Shown here piece by piece: positions 19,621-27,669 of a stretch of 64,000 bases of DNA. Numbering within the stretch: the first letter of the stretch is position 1; every line of letters begins with the position of its first letter. The DNA comes from an uncultured Bacteroidales bacterium (GTDB lineage: Bacteria; Bacteroidota; Bacteroidia; Bacteroidales; FEN-979). The stretch lies in the NCBI GenBank assembly GCA_963785325.1, contig CAWAVC010000012.1, positions 35,455 through 99,454 on the forward strand, written 5' to 3'. A model generated the notes under the pieces. That model did not search any database. It saw only the letters and a list, made by a program, of their open reading frames with translations, and was not told the DNA's origin. The translations under genes and the position numbers were made by a program.

Positions 19621-20670
19621 CTAATTCTGCTTCAGATTATATCTGAATACTGCACCAGTAAAGTTAAGTGTAACGGTGTAGTTGCCGGCATTTGCAACCG
19701 TAATGCCACCAGTCCCCAAACTTAAAGACCCACTTCCGGTTGGGTCGCTATAGGCCAGTGTATTCGAGTTATTGGCACGGAAGTAAACAAGGCCTGCTGA
19801 GAGGCTCTGTGTCACACTCCATGTCCTTGCAGTGTGGTCATATGTCATAGCCACGTCCGTATTACCTGTTGAAGTTCCATAGATACTCCATGTCGTTAAC
19901 AGATAAGTATGGGTCAAAGAATTGATATTTGCTGTTAAGTGATAATAACCGGGTCCAGTCGTAGGAACAATATTATTACCATTTAGTTCCAATGATCCTG
20001 TACCGCCATTATCTCCCCAATTGGTTGTCCATTTTGGATCCTTGGAATATTTGTACCCAGCGCTGGATCCGGTACCAATTGAATCAAAGAAGATATATCC
20101 ATCATATATATTATTCGCTTTAGCCGAATAAATTACGGTAATTGAGTCGCCCGCATTCCAGCCATTATATTGACCGGGAACAAATAAAAACGGATAAACG
20201 ATCTTCACGTAATACGGAGTATAGACCTTAGCTACTACGGGAGAATTGGCAGGACTCGACGAAGTGTTGTATGATGCCTGAACCCTGAACTCAAGTGGTA
20301 ATGGAGTTGACGGATTCAAATCCGGGTCAAATTCTAATCCCAGCAATTGATTGTTAAGGGCACTGGTTTGAACAGAGAGCGAAGTAGCGGATGTTATAGA
20401 TCCAATTGCAAGTGCATTCTTGAAATTATCCCCTTGCTTGTCCACCTGAAGAGTGTAAGTAACAACAAGATTGATCCCAAAATTTACAGGTGTCCATTTA
20501 AAGGTAATCATGGTATCCGCATAGGATTTTTGAAGCACCACGGTATCGCCGGCCGTCAATTTTAAAACTGGCAGAACCGGAGATGCGCTGACCTCAGCTT
20601 TTTCGGCTTTTTTACACGAAAAGAAGCCCGTCAAAGCTATTATAAAAATAATTATTGATAGTTTTTTCAT
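19621..20670 (-). CDS. SusE/SusF-family starch-binding outer-membrane lipoprotein
   Basis: Lipobox FFSC; SusE N-domain (FKWTPVNFG..YTLQVD); two C-terminal CBM modules (LFVPGQYNGW, YFRAN); follows susD. Confidence 0.88.
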   Translation of the reverse strand: MKKLSIIIFIIALTGFFSCKKAEKAEVSASPVLPVLKLTAGDTVVLQKSYADTMITFKWTPVNFGINLVVTYTLQVDKQGDNFKNALAIGSITSATSLSVQTSALNNQLLGLEFDPDLNPSTPLPLEFRVQASYNTSSSPANSPVVAKVYTPYYVKIVYPFLFVPGQYNGWNAGDSITVIYSAKANNIYDGYIFFDSIGTGSSAGYKYSKDPKWTTNWGDNGGTGSLELNGNNIVPTTGPGYYHLTANINSLTHTYLLTTWSIYGTSTGNTDVAMTYDHTARTWSVTQSLSAGLVYFRANNSNTLAYSDPTGSGSLSLGTGGITVANAGNYTVTLNFTGAVFRYNLKQN

Positions 20671-20692
20671 GATATATCTAATTTAAAATAAA

Positions 20693-22891
20693 TTAATAAC
20701 CTGTATTTTGTTTCAGATTCGGATTTGCAGAAACATCAGCAGCAGGTAAGGGGAAAATATTGTATTTCGCATCCGTTCCTGCACCACTGCTAGCACCGCC
20801 TTTCCATGGCCATAAATACGTACTGGTCGTTAATTCTCCGAAACGAACAAGATCTGTTCTCCTGTAACCTTCCCAGTAAAGTTCACGTCCTCTTTCATCG
20901 AGAATAAATTGCAGGTTCAGTTGGTTACTCGTTATATTACCCGTATTATCACCATAAGCCCTCGTCCTCAGATCATTTACAAGTGTCAATGCCGTACCAA
21001 GATCACCACCGCTTCCACCTCTCAGAACTGCTTCAGCATACATCAGGTAAACATCAGCCAGACGGAACATCGGGAAATCAATATCTTCGTAATTAAGATT
21101 AGATCCGGGGGCTCCGCTTCTGGTTACATTTTTCCACTTGGTTACTGCATAACCATCATTGAAATTACCTATATCCTTGATATCAAGTGTTTGACCGTCT
21201 GACCAGAACATTGCCCTGTGGTCATAACTGTTCCTGACAATGGTATAGGTATAGTCTGGAATACCCAGCTTCATGGTAATGGTATAAGTTCCTGCAGTTG
21301 CTACCGGAATATTTGAGCCACCAGCTTCGAGTATTCCATTACCCAGGTTATCTCCATAATCAATATCCCAGGCACCATTTGCACGGAATTTAATACTTCC
21401 GACTGTCAGGTCGAGAACTACCGACCACGTTCCGGTTGTTGTATCATAGGTCATTGGAGAATCCGTACTCCAACCTCCCGGTGTTGCATCGCCAACAGCG
21501 CCCCATGTAGTCTTTATAAGTGTATAAGTCAGTGCTGTGGTATCAACGTTAATTTTATAATAGCCCGCAGGGCCTGCCGTAATGTTACCGCCATTTGGAT
21601 CGAGAACACCATTGGCGCCACCCCAACTATGGTTCCAATTGGGTGCAGGGCAGATTTTAAACAGAACATTATCAGTCTTGAAATTAATGTAGCCTTCGTA
21701 TTGACTATTACTACCCACTGAGGCAATAACAGTTTTAGTGTTTGTCGGATCCCATCCCTGGTAAGAACCCGGGACATAGAGAACAGGATAGGATTTGGGA
21801 TTTTTTGGAGGAGTAGGAGAATTCCATGGCACATCTTTAAGGGTAGAATAGAATAAATGTACGAAAGCGCTGGTTACCCGCGTACCTGCCCAACCTCCGG
21901 CAACACCATAATCGGCAGGCACCATGCTTCCTCCAACTGCTGCATGAAGAATGAACGTTGTGCCACCATAAGTTTGTGTTCTCAATCCATCAAATTCAAC
22001 AGGAAAAATGATCTCATTACTGAGGTTGTTATCGGCAAGAAAGAGCCACTGATAGTCAGCGTCAAGAGCATACCCTGAATTGATCACATCATTGCAGTAT
22101 GTAATGCAATCGGTACTTCTGTCGGTACCTGTATAAACTGAAGCATTCAGGTAGAGTTTGGCAAGCAAAGTCTCTACAGCTGCTTTGTCAGCACGTCCAT
22201 ATTCATTTGACTTTGCGTTTACCATTAAAGGTTCAATTGCCTTTAATTCACTTTCAATGTATGTAAAAAGATTAGCACGTTTGACCTGGGGAGGGAAGAA
22301 TTTTCCTACCTGGTCATTCTCAGTTACAAATGGAACATTCCCAAACATATCCAGTGCATGATAATAACTCAGTGCCCGCAGGAAACGAACCTCAGCACGA
22401 TAGTAATGTATATTGGTCAGATCAGAAGGTTTCGTAATACCATAACCGCTGAGTTTTGCATCTGTCGATTCCCTTATAAACTCATTGCAGAGACATATCT
22501 CGTAATAAATCCTGTAGTACATGGCTGCAATGAATACATCGCTTGCGGTCCAATCCAGCGAATGGAAATTCTTCACTGTCTGGTCATTCCAAGAAATAAC
22601 GGCTTCATCGGTAGGTAGCTCCTGGTGATACCAGAACATACGGATGTATTCGCCGAATCCTTCATCAATTCCGGCGATATCAGCATTTCCTGCAGGACCC
22701 TGTTGCCCTGTAACTGAAAGTCCTGCATAGCACTTGGCTAAAACTTGCTTAATGCCTGTAGGTGTGTTGTAAACATTATCCGGAGTTAATACATTCGGAT
22801 CGATCGGCCCCTTATTCAGGTCCTTTGTGCAGGAAGCAAGAAAAACCGTAATCGCCGTGATAAGGAATGCTATCTTAAATATTCGTTTCAT
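20693..22891 (-). CDS. susD: SusD-family lipoprotein (starch type) with an internal insertion of SusE/F CBM modules
   Basis: Lipobox LASC; ELPTDEA, RFLRALSY, FPMFRLADVYLMYAEA, DERGRELYWEGYRRTDLVRFG; 732 aa. Confidence 0.93.
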   Translation of the reverse strand: MKRIFKIAFLITAITVFLASCTKDLNKGPIDPNVLTPDNVYNTPTGIKQVLAKCYAGLSVTGQQGPAGNADIAGIDEGFGEYIRMFWYHQELPTDEAVISWNDQTVKNFHSLDWTASDVFIAAMYYRIYYEICLCNEFIRESTDAKLSGYGITKPSDLTNIHYYRAEVRFLRALSYYHALDMFGNVPFVTENDQVGKFFPPQVKRANLFTYIESELKAIEPLMVNAKSNEYGRADKAAVETLLAKLYLNASVYTGTDRSTDCITYCNDVINSGYALDADYQWLFLADNNLSNEIIFPVEFDGLRTQTYGGTTFILHAAVGGSMVPADYGVAGGWAGTRVTSAFVHLFYSTLKDVPWNSPTPPKNPKSYPVLYVPGSYQGWDPTNTKTVIASVGSNSQYEGYINFKTDNVLFKICPAPNWNHSWGGANGVLDPNGGNITAGPAGYYKINVDTTALTYTLIKTTWGAVGDATPGGWSTDSPMTYDTTTGTWSVVLDLTVGSIKFRANGAWDIDYGDNLGNGILEAGGSNIPVATAGTYTITMKLGIPDYTYTIVRNSYDHRAMFWSDGQTLDIKDIGNFNDGYAVTKWKNVTRSGAPGSNLNYEDIDFPMFRLADVYLMYAEAVLRGGSGGDLGTALTLVNDLRTRAYGDNTGNITSNQLNLQFILDERGRELYWEGYRRTDLVRFGELTTSTYLWPWKGGASSGAGTDAKYNIFPLPAADVSANPNLKQNTGY

Positions 22892-22910
22892 TTTTTTATG
22901 TTTTAAAGAG

Positions 22911-25889
22911 TTAGAATAAAAGATTTACACCCAAAACAAAAACCCGTGACCTTGGATAAACGTTATTGTCAATACCCACGGAAGAGCCTAAATTGACTTC
23001 AGGATCAACTCCGGTGTATTTAGTAATCGTCAAAACGTTATTCACAGTGGCCGATACACGCAGATCCGTTGTACCTTTTATGACACTTCCGAAGTTATAG
23101 CTGAGGGTGAGGTAGTCTAATTTGAAGAACGATGCATTCTGAACGTAATAATCGGAGAAATACTGATTATTTACAAAATTCGTACTATAAACTGAACTTG
23201 TAACATTTCCCAGATATGTTCCACCCAAACGGTTAATGTTACTCCATACACCATCGTTGGCATCATTGTTATTGTACATATAGTTTCCAACTTCAGCATG
23301 ACCGCCGGCTGCCAATGACCATTGCTTGTATTTCAATGCTGTGTGAATGCCAAAAGTTGCGGTGGGTTCAGCGCTATGGTCATGATACAGGTCAGCAGTT
23401 GTAATTTTTCCGTCACCGTTCCGGTCAACATAAACACCTTCTATTGGTTTTCCGTTCTTATCATATGCCTGCTGGTACACATAGAAGGAATTCAACTGAT
23501 ACCCTACGGTTTGAATCTCAATATTATTGCCAACACCACCACTGATACTCCCTGTTGGAATTCCTGCATAGGTAGGATCTGAGCTTATAAGAAGCTTGGT
23601 GATTTTATTTGCATTAGTGGCAACATTACCGCCAATCTCCCAGTTCCAGTTTTTACTGACAATAGGTCTCAGCTCTAAACTGAATTCGAACCCTTGATTC
23701 CACATGCTTCCAATATTTGTCCAGATATAATTCGTCAGGTTTGTGCCTGCAGGAACAGGCACATAGTTCAAAAGGTTTGTAATATTTTTGTAGTAGTATT
23801 CAACCGAACCTGTTATCCTGTCTTTTAAGAAACCAAAATCGATTGCAGCATTTGTTGTTGCAGTAGTCTCCCATTGAATATTCTTATCATATCCGCTTGG
23901 ACGAAGTGTCCGGTACCAGACATTCCCAAACTGGTACATGGTTAAAGCATCACCGAGGTAATAGGTAGGAAGATATGGATACCAGTTGGTTCCGACTTCC
24001 TCATTTCCTGTTTCTCCCCAGCCAACCCTGAGTTTCAACGTTGAGACAACCTTTGAATTACGCAAAAAAGATTCATCATTGATTTTCCATGCAAGTGCTG
24101 CAGAAGGGAATAACCCCCATTCCTTATTTGATGCAAATTTTGATACACCGTCATCGCGTAATGTGAATGTCAGTAAGTACCTGTTCAAAAGTGTGTAATT
24201 TAAACGGCCGTAATATGATACGATGTAATACTGGCTCTTGGAAGGATAAGAAAGAGCATGAGTGGTATCATGTGGAACGTTGTTATTGATAGAATTTGCT
24301 TCAATAAAGAAATGCTGCCAGGAATATCCGGCCATTACATCAAATTTACTCTTGATACTTTTAACATCCTTTACATAATTGAGATAAAAGTCCAGCAAGG
24401 TGTTATCTTTTGTTTGGTTGTATTTGTTGTCCTCTCCGAAATCAGTAGACAGCCATGAAGCGTACTCGGGAATATAGGTGGTTCCATCGGATTGAGTATG
24501 ATCCAACCCAAGATTCAGGACAGCTCTTAAATCCGGAAAGAAATGAAGCTTATAATCAAACTGAATATTTCCCAGGAGTCTGTCTACTGATGCTTTATCT
24601 TGTTTCTCATTTAACAAACCTACCGGGTTGGTAGTAGCAAGGCTTACAGGTGCTCCGCTTGCTTGTTCCCACATCCAGTATCCGCTCCTGTTATTGACCC
24701 TTGTATCAAATACAGGTTGTGTGGGGTCAAATCCCAGAGCATCTCCTATAGCACCCTGATCTGCAAACCTGTTCTGAATGTTCATGTATTTTATATTGGC
24801 ATTGATCTTAAGGTGATCGTCAAAGAAAGAGGGATTCAGATTTGCCCCGACAGAAATTCTTTTCATGTTATCTGTCTTGAGAATCCCGTCCTGGTACATG
24901 TATCCCAGAGAAACACGGTAAGGGAAATTTTTTATTCCACCGGAAAAAGCAAAATTATGATCCGTGCTGATGCCGGTCTGATAGATTTGTTTTTGCCAAT
25001 CGGTATTTGCTTTCCCGAGTAATCCGGTATCCTGAGGGTATCTCGATTTTACTTCTGAACGGAATTGATCCGAGTTCAGAACACTAATTTCTTTAGGTAC
25101 AGTAGATATGGAAATTGTTCCTGAATATTCATGAGTGAATTTGTTGGTTCCGCCTGCAGCTTTTCCTTTTTTCGTTGTTATGATGATTACCCCGTTCGTA
25201 GCCCTGGAACCATAAATGGCAGTAGCAGAGGCATCCTTGAGAACCGTATAGGTTTCGATATCGTCTGGATTGATCATCGAAAAGTTTCCACGTGAACCTG
25301 AGATTGCATCATTATCAATGGGAACTCCATCGATCACAATCAATGGGTCATTGGAGCCATTAATAGAGTTGTTTCCGCGGATACGGATCACCGCATCGCC
25401 ACCTGGTGCGCCACCTAATGTGGTAACCTGAACACCGGCAATTTTCCCGATGATCAATTCCTGAGGCGAAGAAATAGCCCCCTGGTCAAAATCTTTCCGG
25501 TCTACCGCCGTAACTGCACCCGTCGCATCTTGCTTTTTCACCTGGCCATAACCAATTACTACTACCTCATTGAGGCTTGTTACTGAAGCTGCAAGCGAAA
25601 CATCAATCACTTGTTTCCCTGCCACAGGAATTTCCTGCGTTTGATACCCCATATAAGAGAACACCAGGGTCGCCCCTGACTGAACCTTAATGGTGTATTT
25701 CCCGTCAATATCCGTTACGGCTCCTGTCGTAGTGCCTTTCACTAGGACAGTCGCTCCGGGAATTGAACTTCCGTCAGCAGCATCTTTCACTTTTCCTGTT
25801 ACTGTAATTTCCTGAGCATACGCGATCGAGGCGGATGCAATTGCAAGGAAAATGAACAGATAACGTAACCATAGTATACGTTTCTTCAT
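22911..25889 (-). CDS. susC: SusC/RagA TonB-dependent outer-membrane transporter
   Basis: EVVVIGYG, PLIVIDGVP, VLKDASATAIYGSRATNGVIIITTKKG; C-terminal Phe. Confidence 0.96.
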   Translation of the reverse strand: MKKRILWLRYLFIFLAIASASIAYAQEITVTGKVKDAADGSSIPGATVLVKGTTTGAVTDIDGKYTIKVQSGATLVFSYMGYQTQEIPVAGKQVIDVSLAASVTSLNEVVVIGYGQVKKQDATGAVTAVDRKDFDQGAISSPQELIIGKIAGVQVTTLGGAPGGDAVIRIRGNNSINGSNDPLIVIDGVPIDNDAISGSRGNFSMINPDDIETYTVLKDASATAIYGSRATNGVIIITTKKGKAAGGTNKFTHEYSGTISISTVPKEISVLNSDQFRSEVKSRYPQDTGLLGKANTDWQKQIYQTGISTDHNFAFSGGIKNFPYRVSLGYMYQDGILKTDNMKRISVGANLNPSFFDDHLKINANIKYMNIQNRFADQGAIGDALGFDPTQPVFDTRVNNRSGYWMWEQASGAPVSLATTNPVGLLNEKQDKASVDRLLGNIQFDYKLHFFPDLRAVLNLGLDHTQSDGTTYIPEYASWLSTDFGEDNKYNQTKDNTLLDFYLNYVKDVKSIKSKFDVMAGYSWQHFFIEANSINNNVPHDTTHALSYPSKSQYYIVSYYGRLNYTLLNRYLLTFTLRDDGVSKFASNKEWGLFPSAALAWKINDESFLRNSKVVSTLKLRVGWGETGNEEVGTNWYPYLPTYYLGDALTMYQFGNVWYRTLRPSGYDKNIQWETTATTNAAIDFGFLKDRITGSVEYYYKNITNLLNYVPVPAGTNLTNYIWTNIGSMWNQGFEFSLELRPIVSKNWNWEIGGNVATNANKITKLLISSDPTYAGIPTGSISGGVGNNIEIQTVGYQLNSFYVYQQAYDKNGKPIEGVYVDRNGDGKITTADLYHDHSAEPTATFGIHTALKYKQWSLAAGGHAEVGNYMYNNNDANDGVWSNINRLGGTYLGNVTSSVYSTNFVNNQYFSDYYVQNASFFKLDYLTLSYNFGSVIKGTTDLRVSATVNNVLTITKYTGVDPEVNLGSSVGIDNNVYPRSRVFVLGVNLLF

Positions 25890-26179
25890 AATCTTGAAAT
25901 TAAATAGTTAAACATTTCATTAATTGACTGTACTGATGTTATTCTAAAATTTCCTTAGTGTAAAAGTAAACAAAAAATTAAACGTGTTAATAAATAGTTA
26001 ATGAAAAGTAAAAATAAATAAAAAAAATAAATATTGATTACTTTTTTACTAAAAATTTTCAGAATTTAATAGAGAATGACATAAAATCAGGTGATGACCA
26101 AGAATAGTTCAGTACGATACTGAATTTAAACCATGAAATATTCACTGCCAAGTATCGTTATAAGTTGTTGCTGTTTTTT

Positions 26180-26187
26180 TATCTTTG
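26180..26187 (+). promoter_or_regulatory. Sigma-A -7 element (TATCTTTG)
   Basis: TAnnTTTG lies inside the ORF-track N-terminus, implying the true start is ATG 26202 or 26208. Confidence 0.55.
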
Positions 26188-26207
26188 CACTTCTCAAATT
26201 CATGATC

Positions 26208-27597
26208 ATGAAGCGATTTTACAGGTTAGGTTTATTATTTTTATTTCCCCTGCTTATTCCAGCCATTGTTTTTTCACAATCGACAGAAAAAAAACAACCG
26301 CATATTGAGGTTGTCTCATCCGGCAGTGTCATAAAAATGAAAACTGCACCTTATGTTCCCGCGTCAGAACAAATCCTTTTTCAGGTTGATATGTCACAAT
26401 GGGCTGCAAAAGGAAAATTCAACCCGGCCAGTGATTCCATTGATATGCCCGGGACTTTTAATAACTGGGCAGGTTCAGCGACTCTACAAAAGGTGGATAC
26501 CACGCTGGTTTACCAGATCACACTGAACTTGGATTCATTGACTGTTCAGGAGTTCCGTTTCAGGATTAATCATGATTCAAGCCGTACGGAATTTCCCAAT
26601 GGCATAAATCGCATGTTCCGTGTACCCGCCAAACCAATGACCGTTAAATACATATACAATAATTTCGATACCACAACTGTTCCTATGACCTTTATCTGCG
26701 ATATGTATTACCAGATCAAAGCAGGTCATTTTGATCCCGATCCATTAATGGATTACCTGGATGTGGCAGGATCAATGAATAACTGGGGAACTTATGATGT
26801 ATTGTTCGACGTTGACCAAGATAGTATTTATCAGGTTACGCTTAATTTGCCACGCAGTCTGATCAGCCTATACATACCTATTGAATTCAAGTTTCGGATC
26901 AATGGAAACTGGAACACATCAGAATTCCCGAACGGCGGTTTGTTCCGGACATATTTTTTAAAAGATACTGTTGGAGGAATAGAAAACACTCTGGTAGTTT
27001 GGTATAATGACCTAAACCCCGGTATTCCTACTCCTCCATGGGCATATAATCTTTATATCCAGGGTGAATATTATGAAGGCCAGACTCTCACAGGTTCATA
27101 TGATTATGAAGATGTTAATTTACTACCGGAAGGTGCATCCATCTATAAGTGGTACCGTGCTGATTCGGTGACACAGGTTGACCCTGAATTGCGCACTGCA
27201 GATTCGACTATTAACTATGTACTGGACTCGACCGATTTTCATAAATTTCTTGCATTCGAAGTCACTCCCGTCGCCCAAGGCACCGGTGATTCCCTCATAG
27301 GGAAACCGGTCAGGGACCTGGACAGGATCGATTGGAGGAGTCGGAATTGGAGAACTTAACGAGATTAAGCCTGGAATCTATCCTAACCCAGTGACCGACA
27401 AAATAATCTTCACAAACGTGGATAACATTCAGCAAATCGAGATTTTTTCAATTCTCGGACAAAGGATCGGCGTTATAAAAACCAATATTTCGGGCAAGTT
27501 AACATATGATACCTCATCCCTGAACAGTGGCATCTATTTTATAAAATTTTCAAAACAAGATCATACCTTTACAACCATAAAATTCATAAAGAACTAG
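26208..27597 (+). CDS. Non-catalytic T9SS-secreted protein: two tandem CBM20-like modules + Ig-like domain + T9SS type A CTD; frameshift at ~27313
   Basis: Repeated F.(V/C)DM..G.F.P..D...G..NNW..EF.FRIN..EFPNG modules; removing one G gives TWTGSIGGVGIGELNEIKPGIYPNPVTDK...GIYFIK...KFIKN. Confidence 0.75.
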
Positions 27598-27640
27598 CAA
27601 GAATTCCCTTTTTTTAACCGGTCGGTCAGTCTTTTTTTCG

Positions 27641-27648
27641 TAACTTTG
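27641..27648 (+). promoter_or_regulatory. Sigma-A -7 element (TAACTTTG)
   Basis: TAnnTTTG 21 nt before ATG 27670. Confidence 0.55.
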
Positions 27649-27669
27649 TCTTTATCAAAATATAGAAAC

